DNA of 64,000 bases from Eledone cirrhosa (taxonomy: Eukaryota), in NCBI GenBank assembly GCA_964016885.1, contig OZ024745.1, forward strand, positions 89,094,001 to 89,158,000. The letters run 5' to 3'. Below, one piece after another: positions 27,771 to 43,300 of this stretch. The notes under the pieces are model-generated. The model ran no database searches. It saw only the letters and a program-made list of their open reading frames with translations, and had not been told where the DNA came from. A program made the translations under genes and the position numbers. The number at the start of each line of letters is the position of its first letter. Positions within the stretch are counted from its first letter, which is position 1.

Positions 27771-30700
27771 TTGCCATAGATGTAGTTGCTACGTAGATTG
27801 CCATAGATGTAGTTGCTACATTGATTGTTATAGATGTAGTTGCTACATAGATTGTTATAGATGTAGTTGCTACATAGATTGTTATAGATGTAGTTGCTAC
27901 ATAGATTGCCATAGATGTAGTTGCTACATAGATTGTTATATATGTAGTTGCTACATATATTGAAATGGACGTAGTTGCTACATAGATTGTTATATATGTA
28001 GTTGGCACATAGATTGCCATAGATGTAGTTGTTACATAGATTGTTATATATGTAGTTGCTACATAGATGGCTATAGATGTAGTTGCTACATAGATTGCCA
28101 TAGATGTAGTTGCTACATAGATCGTCATAGACGTAGTTGCTACATAGATTGTTATAGATGTAGTTGCTACATAGATTGCCATTTATGTAGTTGCTACATA
28201 GATTGTTATAAATGTAGTTGCTACATAGATTGCCATAGATGTATTTGCTACATAGATTGCCATAGATGTAGTTGCAACATTGATTGTTATAGATGTAGTT
28301 GCTACATATATTGTTATAGATGTAGTTGCTACATAGATTGTTATAGATGTAGTTGCTACACAGATCGCCATAGATGTAGTTGCTACATAGATTGCTATAG
28401 ATGTAGTAGCTACATAGATTGCTATAGATGTAGTTGCTACATATATTGCTATAGATGTAGTTGCTACATAGATTGTTATAGATGTAGTTGCTACATAGAT
28501 TGCTATAGATGTATTTGCTACATAGATCGTTATAGATGTAGTTGCTACATAGATTGTTATAGATGTAGTTGCTACATAGATTGCTATAGATGTATTTGCT
28601 ACATAGATTGTTATAGATGTATTTGCTACATAGATTGTTATAGATGTAGTTGCTACATAGATTGCTATAGATGTATTGCTACATATATTGCTATAGATGT
28701 AGTTGCTACGTAGATTGTTATAGATGTAGTTGCTACATAGATTGTTATAAATGTAGTTGCTACATAGATTGCTATATAAGTAGTTGCTACATATATTGCC
28801 ATAGATGTAGTTGCTACATAGATTGCCATAGATGTAGTTGCTACATAGATTGCCATAGATGTAGTTGCTACATAGATTGCCATTTATGTAGTTGCTACAT
28901 AGATTGTTATAGATGTAGTTGCTACATATATTGTTATAGATGTAGTTGCTACATAGATTGTTATAGATGTAGTTGCTACATAGATTGCCATAGATGGAAT
29001 TGCTACTTATATTGCTATAGATGTAGTTGCTACATAGATTGTTATAGATGTAGTTGTTACATAGATTGTTATAGATGTAGTTGCTACATAGATTGTTATA
29101 GGCGTAGTTGCTACATAGATTGCCATAGATGTAGTTGATACATAGATTGCCATAGATGTAGTTGCTACATAGATTGTTATAGATGTAGTTGCTACATAGA
29201 TTGTCATAGATGGAGTTGCTACATAGATTGCCATAGATGTAGTTGCTACATAGATTGCCATAGATGTAGTTGCTACATATATTGTCATAGATGTAGTTGC
29301 TACATAGATTGCCCTAGATGTAGTTGCTACATAGATTATTATAGATGTAGTTGCTAAATAGATTGCTATAGATGTAGTTGCTACATAGATTGTTGTAGAT
29401 GTAGTTGCTACATAGATTGACATAGATGTAGTTGCTACATAGATTGTTATAGATGTAGTTGCTACATTGATTGTTATAGATGTAGTTGCTACATAGATTG
29501 TTATAGATGTAGTTGCTACATAGATTGTTATAGTTGTAGTTGCTACATAGATTGCCATAAATGTAGTTGCTACATAGCTTGTTATATATGTAGTTGCTAC
29601 ATATATTAAAATGGACGTAGTTGCTACATAGATTGCTATAGATGTAGTTGCTACATAGATTGCCATAGATGTAGTTGCTACATAGATCGTCATAGACGTA
29701 GTTGCTACATAGATTGTTATAGATGTAGTTGCTCCATAGATTGCCATTTATGTAGTTGCTACATAGATTGTTATAAATGTAGTTGCTACATAGATTGCCA
29801 TAGATGTATTTGCTACATAGATTGCCATAGATGTAGTTGCTACATTGATTGTTATAGATGTAGTTGCTACATACATTGTTATAGATGTAGTTGCTACATA
29901 GATTGTTATAGATGTAGTTGCTACACAGATCGCCATAGATGTAGTTGCTACATAGATTGCTATAGATGTAGTAGCTACATAGATTGCTATAGATGTAGTT
30001 GCTACATATATTGCTATAGATGTAGTTGCTACATAGATTGTTATAAATGTAGTTGCTACATAGATTGTTATAGATGTAGTTGCTACATAGATTGCTATAG
30101 ATGTATTTGCTACATATATTGCTATAGATGTAGTTGCTACATAGATTGTTATAGATGTAGTTGCTACATAGATTGTTATAAATGTAGTTGCTACATAGAT
30201 TGCTATATATGTAGTTGCTACATATATTGCCATAGATGTAGTTGCTACATAGATTGCCATAGATGTAGTTGCTACATAGATTGCCATAGATGTAGTTGCT
30301 ACATAGATCGCCATTTATGTAGTTGCTACATAGATTGTTATAGATGTAGTTGCTACATAGATTGCCATAGATGTAGTTGCTACATAGATTGCCATAGATG
30401 TAGTTGCTACATTGATTGTTATAGATGTAGTTGCTACATATATTGTTATAGATGTAGTTGCTACATAGATTGTTATAGATGTAGTTGCTACATAGATTGC
30501 TATAGATGTAGTTGCTGCATAGATTGCTATAGATGTAGTTGCTACATAGATTGCTATAATGTAGTTGCTACATAGATTGCTATATAAGTAATTGCTACAA
30601 TGATTGCTATAGGTGTAGTTGCTACATAGATTGTTATAGATGTAGTTGCTACATAGATTGCTATAGATGTATTTGCTACATAGATAGTTATAGATGTAGT

Positions 30701-32598
30701 TGCGACATAGATTGTTATAGATGTAGTTGCTGTATAGATTGCTATAGATCTATTTGCTACATAGATTGTTATAGATGTAGTTGGTACAGAGATTGTTATA
30801 GATGTAGTTGCTACATAGATTGTTATAGATGTAGTTGCTACATAGATGTAGTTGCTAGATAGATTGCTATATAAGTAGTTGCTACATATATTGTTATAGA
30901 TGTAGTTGCTACATAGATTGCCATAGATGGAGTTGCTACATAGATTGCCATAGATGTAGTTGCTACATAGATTGCCATAGATGTAGTTGCTACACAGATT
31001 GCCATAGATGTAGTTGCTACATAGATTGCTATATATGTAGTTGCTACATAGATTGACATAGATGTAGTTGCTACATAGATTGTTATAGATGTAGTTGCTA
31101 CATAGATTGTTATAGATGTAGTTGCTACATAGATTGCCATAGATGTAGTTGCTACATAGATTGTTACAGATGTAGTTGCTACATTGATTGTTATAGATGT
31201 AGTTGCTACATAGATTGTTTTAGATGTAGTTGCTACATAGATTGTTATAGATGTAGTTGCTACATAGATTGCCATAGATGTAGTTGCTACATAGATTGTT
31301 ATAGATGTAGTTGCTACATATATTGAAATGGACGTAGTTGCTACATAAATTGTTATAGATGTAGTTGCTACATAGATTGCCATAGATGTAGTTGCTACAT
31401 AGATTGATATATATGTAGTTGCTATATGGATTGCTATAGATGTAGTTGCTACATAGATTGTTATAGATGTAGTTGCTACATAGATTGCTATAGATGTAGT
31501 TGCTACATAGATTGCCATAGATGTAGTTGCTACATAGATCGTCATAGACGTAGTTGCTACATAGATTGTTATAGATGTAGTTGCTACATAGATTGCCATT
31601 TATGTAGTTGATACATAGATTGTTATAAATGTAGTTGCTACATAGATTGCCATAGATGTATTTGCTACATAGATTGGCATAGATGTAGTTGCTACATTGA
31701 TTGTTATAGATGTAGTTGCTACATAGCTTCTTATATATGTAGTTGCTACACAGATCGCCATAGACGTAGTTGCTACAAAGATTGCTATAGATGTAGTAGC
31801 TACATAGATTGCTATAGATGTAGTTGCTACATATATTGCTATAGATGTAGTTGCTACATAGATTGTTATAGATGTAGTTGCTACATAGATTACTATAGAT
31901 GTATTTGCTACATAGATTGTTATTGATGTATTTTCTACATAGATTGTTAGAGATGTAGTTGCTACATAGATTGCCATAGATGTAGTTGATACATAGATTG
32001 CCATAGATGTAGTTGCTACATAGATTGTTATAGATGTAGTTGCTACATAGATTGCCATAGATGGAGTTGCTACATAGATTGCCATAGATGTAGTTGCAAC
32101 ATAGATTGCCATAGATGTAGTTGCTACATATATTGTCATATATGTAGTTGCTACATAGATTGCCATAGATGTAGTTGCTACATAGATTGTTATAGATGTA
32201 GTTGCTAAATAGATTGCTATAGATGTAGTTGCTACATAGATTGTTATAGATGTAGTTGCTACATAGATTGCCATAGATGTAGTTGCTACATAGATTGTTA
32301 TAGATGTAGTTGCTACATTGATTGTTATAGATGTAGTTGCTACATAGATTGTTATAGATGTAGTTGCTACATAGATTGTTATAGTTGTAGTTGCTACATA
32401 GATTGCCATAGATGTAGTTGCTACATAGATTGTTATATATGTAGTTGCTACATATATTGAAATGGACGTAGTTGCTACATAGATTGCTATAGATGTAGTT
32501 GCTACATAGATTGCCATAGATGTAGTTGCTACATAGATCGTCATAGACGTAGTTGCTACATAGATTGTTATTGATGTAGTTGCTACATAGATTGCCAT
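27211..32598. repeat. Long-range copy of 11204-17870 (offset about 15-16 kb), lacking the 1215-bp internal duplication
   Basis: The 1-bp deletion GATGTATTGCT (~12720, ~28673) and GATGGAATTGCTACTTATATT (~13040, ~28993) are shared at offset 15953 = 591 x 27 - 4. Lengths reconcile: 6667 - 1215 - 54 - 10 = 5388. Confidence 0.9.
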
Positions 32599-35500
32599 TT
32601 ATGTAGTTGCTACATAGATTGTTATAAATGTAGTTGCTACATAGATTGCCATAGATATAGTTGCTACATTGATTGTTATAGATGTAGTTGCTACATACAT
32701 TGTTATAGATGTAGTTGCTACATAGATTGTTATAGATGTAGTTGCTACACAGATTTCCATAGATGTAGTTGCTACATAGATTGCTATAGATGTAGTAGCT
32801 ACATGTATTGCTATAGATGTAGTTGCTACATAGATTGTTATAGATGTAGTTGCTACATAGATTGCTATATATGTATTTGCTACATAGATTGTTATAGATG
32901 TAGTTGCTACATAGATTGTTATAGATGTAGTTGCTACATAGTTTGCTATAGATGTATTTGCTACATAGATTGTTATAGATGTAGTTGCTACATAGATTGT
33001 TATAGATGTAGTTGCTACATAGATTGCTATAGATGTATTTGCTACATATATTGCTATAGATGTAGTTGCTACATAGATTGTTATAGATGTAGTTGCTACA
33101 TAGATTGTTATAAATGTAGTTGCTACATAGATTGCTATATAAGTAGTTGCTACATATATTGCCATAGATGTAGTTGCTACATAGATTGCCATAGACGTAG
33201 TTGCTACATAGATTGCCATAGATGTAGTTGCTACACAGATTGCCATTTATGTAGTTGCTACATAGATTGTTATAGATGTAGTTGCTACATAGATTGCCAT
33301 AGATGTAGTTGCTACATAGATTGCCATAGATGTAGTTGCTACATTGATTGTTATAGATGTAGTTGCTACATATATTGTTATAGATGTAGTTGCTACATAG
33401 ATTGTTATAGATGTAGTTGCTACATAGATTGCTATAGATGTAGTTGCTGCATAGATTGCTATAGATGTAGTTGCTACATAGATTGCTATAATGTAGTTGC
33501 TACATAGATTGCTATATAAGTAATTGCTACAATGATTGCTATAGATGTAGTTGCTACATAGATTGTTATAGATGTAGTTGCAACATAGATTGCTATAGAT
33601 GTATTTGCTACATAGATAGTTATAGATGTAGTTGCGACATAGATTGTTATAGATGTAGTTGCTATATAGATTGCTATAGATCTATTTGCTACATAGATTG
33701 TTATAGATGTAGTTGGTACAGAGATTGTTATAGATGTAGTTGCTACATAGATTGTTATAGATGTAGTTGCTACATAGATTGTTATAGATGTAGTTGCTAG
33801 ATAGATTGCTATATAAGTAGTTGCTACATATATTGTTATAGATGTAGTTGCTACATAGATTGCCATATATGGAGTTGCTACATAGATTGCTATATATGTA
33901 GTTGCTACATATATTGCCATAGATGTAGTTGCTACATAGATTGCTATATATGTAGTTGCTACATAGATTGCCATAGATGTAGTTGCTACATAGATTGTTA
34001 TAGATGTAGTTGCTACATAGATTGTTATAGATGTAGTTGCTACATAGATTGCCATAGATGTAGTTGCTACATAGATTGTTATAGATGTAGTTGCTACATT
34101 GATTGTTGTAGATGTAGTTGCTACATAGATTGCCATTTATGTAGTTGCTACATAGATTGTTATAAATGTAGTTGCTACATAGATTGCCATAGATATAGTT
34201 GCTACATTGATTGTTATAGATGTAGTTGCTACATACATTGTTATAGATGTAGTTGCTACATAGATTGTTATAGATGTAGTTGCTACACAGATCGCCATAG
34301 ATGTAGTTGCTACATAGATTGCTATAGATGTAGTAGCTACATAGATTGCTATAGATGTAGTTGCTACATATATTGCTATAGATGTAGTTGCTACATAGAT
34401 TGTTATAGATGTAGTTGCTACATAGATTGCTATATATGTATTTGCTACATAGATTGTTATAGATGTAGTTGCTACATAGATTGTTATAGATGTAGTTGCT
34501 ACATAGTTTGCTATAGATGTATTTGCTACATAGATTGTTATAGATGTAGTTGCTACATAGATTGTTATAGATGTAGTTGCTACATAGATTGCTATAGATG
34601 TATTTGCTACATTTATTGCTATAGATGTAGTTGCTACATAGATTGTTATAGATGTAGTTGCTACATAGATTGTTATAAATGTAGTTGCTACATATATTGC
34701 CATAGATGTAGTTGCTACATAGATTGCCATAGACGTAGTTGCTACATAGATTGCCATAGATGTAGTTGCTACACAGATTGCCATTTATGTAGTTGCTACA
34801 TAGATTGTTATAGATGTAGTTGCTACATAGATTGCCATAGATGTAGTTGCTACATAGATTGCCATAGATGTAGTTGCTACATTGATTGTTATAGATGTAG
34901 TTGCTACATATATTGTTATAGATGTAGTTGATACATAGATTGTTATAGATGTAGTTGCTACATAGATTGTTATAGATGTAGTTGCTACACAGATCGCCAT
35001 AGATGTAGTTGCTACATAGATTGCTATAGATGTAGTAGCTACATAGATTGCTATAGATGTAGTTGCTACATATATTGCTATAGATGTAGTTGCTACATAG
35101 ATTGTTATAAATGTAGTTGCTACATAGATTGTTATAGATGTAGTTGCTACATAGATTGCTATAGATGTATTTGCTACATATATTGCTATAGATGTAGTTG
35201 CTACATAGATTGTTATAGATGTAGTTGCTACATAGATTGTTATAAATGTAGTTGCTACATAGATTGCTATATATGTAGTTGCTACATATATTGCCATAGA
35301 TGTAGTTGCTACATAGATTGCCATAGATGTAGTTGCTACATAGATTGCCATAGATGTAGTTGCTACATAGATCGCCATTTATGTAGTTGCTACATAGATT
35401 GTTATAGATGTAGTTGCTACATAGATTGCCATAGATGTAGTTGCTACATAGATTGCCATAGATGTAGTTGCTACATTGATTGTTATAGATGTAGTTGCTA

Positions 35501-38500
35501 CATATATTGTTATAGATGTAGTTGCTACATAGATTGTTATAGATGTAGTTGCTACATAGATTGCTATAGATGTAGTTGCTGCATAGATTGCTATAGATGT
35601 AGTTGCTACATAGATTGCTATAATGTAGTTGCTACATAGATTGCTATATAAGTAATTGCTACAATGATTGCTATAGGTGTAGTTGCTACATAGATTGTTA
35701 TAGATGTAGTTGCTACATAGATTGCTATAGATGTATTTGCTACATAGATAGTTATAGATGTAGTTGCGACATAGATTGTTATAGATGTAGTTGCTGTATA
35801 GATTGCTATATAAGTAGTTGCTACATATATTGTTATAGATGTAGTTGCTACATAGATTGCCATAGATGGAGTTGCTACATAGATTGCCATAGATGTAGTT
35901 GCTACATAGATTGCCATAGATGTAGTTGCTACACAGATTGCCATAGATGTAGTTGCTACATAGATTGCTATATATGTAGTTGCTACATAGATTGCCATAG
36001 ATGTAGTTGCTACATAGATTGTTACAGATGTAGTTGCTACATTGATTGTTATAGATGTAGTTGCTACATAGATTGTTTTAGATGTAGTTGCTACATAGAT
36101 TGTTATAGATGTAGTTGCTACATAGATTGCCATAGATGTAGTTGCTACATAGATTGTTATAGATGTAGTTGCTACATATATTGAAATGGACGTAGTTGCT
36201 ACATAAATTGTTATAGATGTAGTTGCTACATAGATTGCCATAGATGTAGTTGCTACATAGATTGATATATATGTAGTTGCTATATGGATTGCTATAGATG
36301 TAGTTGCTACATAGATTGTTATAGATGTAGTTGCTACATAGATTGCTATAGATGTAGTTGCTACATAGATTGCCATAGATGTAGTTGCTACATAGATCGT
36401 CATAGACGTAGTTGCTACATAGATTGTTATAGATGTAGTTGCTACATAGATTGCCATTTATGTAGTTGCTACATAGATTGTTATAAATGTAGTTGCTACA
36501 TAGATTGCCATAGATGTATTTGCTACATAGATTGGCATAGATGTAGTTGCTACATTGATTGTTATAGATGTAGTTGCTACATAGCTTCTTATATATGTAG
36601 TTGCTACACAGATCGCCATAGACGTAGTTGCTACAAAGATTGCTATAGATGTAGTAGCTACATAGATTGCTATAGATGTAGTTGCTACATATATTGCTAT
36701 AGATGTAGTTGCTACATAGATTGTTATAGATGTAGTTGCTACATAGATTACTATAGATGTATTTGCTACATAGATTGTTATTGATGTATTTTCTACATAG
36801 ATTGTTAGAGATGTAGTTGCTACATAGATTGCCATAGATGTAGTTGATACATAGATTGCCATAGATGTAGTTGCTACATAGATTGTTATAGATGTAGTTG
36901 CTACATAGATTGCCTTAGATGGAGTTGCTACATAGATTGCCATAGATGTAGTTGCAACATAGATTGCCATAGATGTAGTTGCTACATATATTGTCATATA
37001 TGTAGTTGCTACATAGATTGCCATAGATGTAGTTGCTACATAGATTGTTATAGATGTAGTTGCTAAATAGATTGCTATAGATGTAGTTGCTACATAGATT
37101 GTTATAGATGTAGTTGCTACATAGATTGCCATAGATGTAGTTGCTACATAGATTGTTATAGATGTAGTTGCTACATTGATTGTTATAGATGTAGTGGCTA
37201 CATAGATTGTTATAGATGTAGTTGCTACATAGATTGTTATAGTTGTAGTTGCTACATAGATTGCCATAGATGTAGTTGCTACATAGATTGTTATATATGT
37301 AGTTGCTACATATATTGAAATGGACGTAGTTGCTACATAGATTGCTATAGATGTAGTTGCTACATAGATTGCCATAGATGTAGTTGCTACATAGATCGTC
37401 ATAGACGTAGTTGCTACATAGATTGTTATTGATGTAGTTGCTACATAGATTGCCATTTATGTAGTTGCTACATAGATTGTTATAAATGTAGTTGCTACAT
37501 AGATTGCCATAGATATAGTTGCTACATTGATTGTTATAGATGTAGTTGCTACATACATTGTTATAGATGTAGTTGCTACATAGATTGTTATAGATGTAGT
37601 TGCTACACAGATCGCCATAGATATAGTTGCTACATAGATTGCTATAGATGTAGTAGCTACATAGATTGCTATAGATGTAGTTGCTACATATATTGCTATA
37701 GATGTAGTTGCTACATAGATTGTTATAGATGTAGTTGCTACATAGATTGCTATATATGTATTTGCTACATAGATTGTTATAGATGTAGTTGCTACATAGA
37801 TTGTTATAGATGTAGTTGCTACATAGTTTGCTATAGATGTATTTGCTACATAGATTGTTATAGATGTAGTTGCTACATAGATTGCCATAGATGTAGTTGC
37901 TACACAGATTGCCATTTATGTAGTTGCTACATAGATTGTTATAGATGTAGTTGCTACATAGATTGCCATAGATGTAGTTGCTACATAGATTGCCATAGAT
38001 GTAGTTGCTACATTGATTGTTATAGATGTAGTTGCTACATATATTGTTATAGATGTAGTTGCTACATAGATTGTTATAGATGTAGTTGCTACATAGATTG
38101 CTATAGATGTAGTTGCTGCATAGATTGCTATAGATGTAGTTGCTACATAGATTGCTATAATGTAGTTGCTACATAGATTGCTATATAAGTAATTGCTACA
38201 ATGATTGCTATAGATGTAGTTGCTACATAGATTGTTATAGATGTAGTTGCTACATAGATTGCTATAGATGTATTTGCTACATAGATAGTTATAGATGTAG
38301 TTGCGACATAGATTGTTATAGATGTAGTTGCTATATAGATTGCTATAGATCTATTTGCTACATAGATTGTTATAGATGTAGTTGGTACAGAGATTGTTAT
38401 AGATGTAGTTGCTACATAGATTGTTATAGATGTAGTTGCTACATAGATTGTTATAGATGTAGTTGCTAGATAGATTGCTATATAAGTAGTTGCTACATAT

Positions 38501-39460
38501 ATTGTTATAGATGTAGTTGCTACATAGATTGCCATATATGGAGTTGCTACATAGATTGCTATATATGTAGTTGCTACATATATTGCCATAGATGTAGTTG
38601 CTACATAGATTGCTATAAATGTAGTTGCTACATAGATTGCCATAGATGTAGTTGCTACATAGATTGTTATAGATGTAGTTGCTACATAGATTGTTATAGA
38701 TGTAGTTGCTACATAGATTGCCATAGATGTAGTTGCTACATAGATTGTTATAGATGTAGTTGCTACATTGATTGTTATAGATGTAGTTGCTACATAGATT
38801 GCCATTTATGTAGTTGCTACATAGATTGTTATAAATGTAGTTGCTACATAGATTGCCATAGATATAGTTGCTACATTGATTGTTATAGATGTAGTTGCTA
38901 CATACATTGTTATAGATGTAGTTGCTACATAGATTGTTATAGATGTAGTTGCTACACAGATCGCCATAGATGTAGTTGCTACATAGATTGCTATAGATGT
39001 AGTAGCTACATAGATTGCTATAGATGTAGTTGCTACATATATTGCTATAGATGTAGTTGCTACATAGATTGTTATAGATGTAGTTGCTACATAGATTGCT
39101 ATATATGTATTTGCTACATAGATTGTTATAGATGTAGTTGCTACATAGATTGTTATAGATGTAGTTGCTACATAGTTTGCTATAGATGTATTTGCTACAT
39201 AGATTGTTATAGATGTAGTTGCTACATAGATTGTTATAGATGTAGTTGCTACATAGATTGCTATAGATGTATTTGCTACATATATTGCTATAGATGTAGT
39301 TGCTACATAGATTGTTATAGATGTAGTTGCTACATAGATTGTTATAAATGTAGTTGCTACATATATTGCCATAGATGTAGTTGCTACATAGATTGCCATA
39401 GACGTAGTTGCTACATAGATTGCCATAGATGTAGTTGCTACACAGATTGCCATTTATGTA
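30860..39460. repeat. Higher-order duplication, offsets 4858 bp (180 monomers minus 2) then 4669 bp; boundaries approximate
   Basis: Marker offsets 31600/36458, 32599/37457, 33486/38155 and 34137/38806. Private ACATAAATTG (~31342, ~36201) and GTTATTGATGTATTTTC are shared. Confidence 0.87.
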
Positions 39461-39989
39461 GTTGCTACATAGATTGTTATAGATGTAGTTGCTACATAGA
39501 TTGCCATAGATGTAGTTGCTACATAGATTGCCATAGATGTAGTTGCTACATTGATTGTTATAGATGTAGTTGCTACATATATTGTTATAGATGTAGTTGC
39601 TACATAGATTGTTATAGATGTAGTTGCTACATAGATTGCTATAGATGTAGTTGCTGCATAGATTGCTATAGATGTAGTTGCTACATAGATTGCTATAATC
39701 TAGTTGCTACATAGAGCGCTATATAAGTAATTGCTACAATGATTGCTATAGATGTAGTTGCTACATAGATTGTTATAGATGTATTTGCTACATAGATAGT
39801 TATAGATGTAGTTGCGACATAGATTGTTATAGATGTAGTTGCTATATAGATTGCTATAGATCTATTTGCTACATAGATTGTTATAGATGTAGTTGGTACA
39901 GAGATTGTTATAGATGTAGTTGCTACACAGATCGCCATAGATGTAGTTGCTACAAAGATTGCTATAGTTCTAGTTGCTACATACATTGC

Positions 39990-40320
39990 TATAGATGTAG
40001 TTGCTACATAGATTGTTATAGATGAAGTTGCTACATAGATTGCTATAGATGTATTTGCTACATAGATTGTTATAGATGTATTTTCTACATAGATTGTTAT
40101 AGATGTAGTTGCTACATAGATTGCTATAGATGTATTTGCTACATAGATTGTTATAGATGTAGTTGCTACATAGATTGTTATAGATGAAGTTGCTACATAG
40201 ATTGCTATAGATGTATTTGCTACATAGATTGTTATAGATGTATTTTCTACATAGATTGTTATAGATGTAGTTGCTACATAGATTGCTATAGATGTATTTG
40301 CTACATAGATTGTTATAGAT
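39990..40320. repeat. Short tandem duplication, period 162 bp (6 monomers); boundaries approximate
   Basis: GATGAAG at 40021 and 40183, each followed by GTATTTG and GTATTTTCTAC monomers. Confidence 0.85.
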
Positions 40321-43300
40321 GTAGTTTCTACATAGATTGTTATAGATGTAGTTGCTACATAGATTGCTATAGATGTATTTGCTACATATATTGCTATAGA
40401 TGTAGTTGCTACATAGATTGTTATAGATGTAGTTGCTACATAGATTGTTATAGATGTAGTTGCTACATAGATTGCTATATAAGTAGTTGCTACATATATT
40501 GCCATAGATGTAGTTGCTACTTAGATTGCCATAGATGTAGTTGCTACATAGATTGCCATAGATGTAGTTGCTACATAGATTGCCATTTATGTAGTTGCTA
40601 CATAGATTGTTATAGATGTAGTTGCTACATAGATTACCATAGATGTAATTGCTACATAGATTGCCATAGATGTAGTTGCTACATTGATTGTTATAGATGT
40701 AGTTGCTACATATATTTTTATAGATGTAGTTGCTACATAGATTGTTATAGATGTAGTTGCTGCACAGATTGCTATAGATGTAGTTGCTACATACATTGCT
40801 ATAATGTAGTTGCTACATAGATTGCTATATAAGTAGTTGCTACATAGATTGCTATTGATGTAGTTGCGACATAGATTGCCATAGATGTAGTTGCTACATA
40901 GATCGTCATAGACGTAGTTGCTACATAGATTGTTATAGATGTAGTTGCTACATAGATTGCCATTTATGTAGTTGCTACATAGATTGTTATATATGTAGTT
41001 GCTACATAGATTGCTATATAAGTAGTTGCTACATAGATTGCTATAGATGTATTTGCTACATAGATTGTTATAGATGTAGTTGCTACATAGATTGTTATAG
41101 ATGTAGTTGCTACATAGATTGCTATAGATGTATTTGCTACATATATTGCTATAGATGTAGTTGCTACATAGATTGTTATAGATGTATTTGCTACATAGAT
41201 TGTTATAGATGTATTTGCTACATATATTACTATAGATGTAGTTGCTACATAGATTGTTATAGTTGTAGTTGCTACATAGATTGTTATAAATGTAGTTGCT
41301 ACATAGATTGCCATTTATGTAGTTGCTACATAGATTGTTATAGATGTAGTTGCTACATAGATTGCCATAGATGTAGTTGCTACATAGATTGCCATAGATG
41401 TAGTTGCTACATTGATTGTTATAGATGTAGTGGCTACATATATTGTTATAGATGTAGTTGCTACATAGATTGTTATAGATGTAGTTGCTACATAGATTGC
41501 TATAGATGTAGTTGCTGCATAGATTGCTATAGATGTAGTTGCTACATAGATTGCTATAATGTAGTTGGTACATAGATTGCTATATAAGTAATTGCTACAA
41601 TGATTGCTATAGATGTAGTTGCTACATAGATTGTTATAGATGTAGTTGCTACATAGATTGCTATAGATGTATTTGCTACATAGATAGTTATAGATGTAGT
41701 TGCGACATAGATTGTTATAGATGTAGTTGCTATATAGATTGCTATAGATCTATTTGCTACATAGATTGTTATAGATGTAGTTGGTACAGAGATTGTTATA
41801 GATGTAGTTGCTACATAGATTGTTATAGATGTAGTTGCTACATAGATTGTTATAGATGTAGTTGCTAGATAGATTGCTATATAAGTAGTTGCTACATATA
41901 TTGCTATAGATGTAGTTGCTACATAGATTGCCATAGATGTAGTTGCTACATAGATTGCTATAGATGTAGTAGCTACATAGATTGCTATAGATGTAGTTGC
42001 TACATATATTGCTATAGATGTAGTTGCTACATAGATTGTTATAGATGTAGTTGCTACATAGATTGCCATAGATGTATTTGCTACATAGATTGTTATAGAT
42101 GTAGTTGCTACATAGATTGTTATAGATGTAGTTGCTACATAGTTTGCTATAGATGTATTTGCTACATATATTGTTATAGATGTAGTTGCTACATAGATTG
42201 TTATAGATGTAGTTGCTACATAGATTGCTATAGATGTATTTGCTACATATATTGCTATAGATGTAGTTGCTACATAGATTGTTATAGATGTAGTTGCTAC
42301 ATAGATTGTTATAAATGTAGTTGCTACATAGATTGCTATATAAGTAGTTGCTACATATATTGCCATAGATGTAGTTGCTACATAGATTGCCATAGATGTA
42401 GTTGCTACATAGATTGCCATAGATATAGTTGCTACATAGATTGCCATTTATGTAGTTGCTACATAGATTGTTATAGATGTAGTTGCTACATAGATTGCCA
42501 TATATGTAGTTGCTACATAGATTGCCATAGATGTAGTTGCTACATTGATTGTTATAGATGTAGTTGCTACATATATTGTTATAGATGTAGTTGCTACATA
42601 GATTGTTATAGGTGTAGTTGCTACATAGATTGCTATAGATGTAGTTGCTGCATAGATTGCTATAGATGTAGTTGCTACATAAATTGCTATAATGTAGTTG
42701 CTACATAGATTGCTATATAAGTAATTGCTACAATGATTGCTATAGATGTAGTTGCTACATAGATTGTTATAGATGTAGTTGCTACATAGATTGCTATAGA
42801 TGTATTTGCTACATAGATAGTTATATATGTAGTTGCGACATAGATTGTTATAGATGTAGTTGCTATATAGATTGCTATAGATCTATTTGCTACATAGATT
42901 GTTATAGATGTAGTTGGTACAGAGATTGTTATAGATGTAGTTGCTACATAGATTGTTATAGATGTAGTTGCTACATAGATTGTTATAGATGTAGTTGCTA
43001 GATAGATTGCTATATAAGTAGTTGCTACATATATTGCTATAGATGTAGTTGCTACATAGATTGCCATAGATGGAGTTGCTACATAGATTGCCATAGATGT
43101 AGTTGCTACATAGATTGCCATAGATGTAGTTGCTACATAGATTGCCATAGATGTAGTTGCTACATAGATTGCTATATATGTAGTTGCTACATAGATTGCC
43201 ATAGATGTAGTTGCTACATAGATTGTTATAGATGTAGTTGCTACATAGATTGTTATAGATGTAGTTGCTACATAGATTGCCATAGATGTAGTTGCTACAT

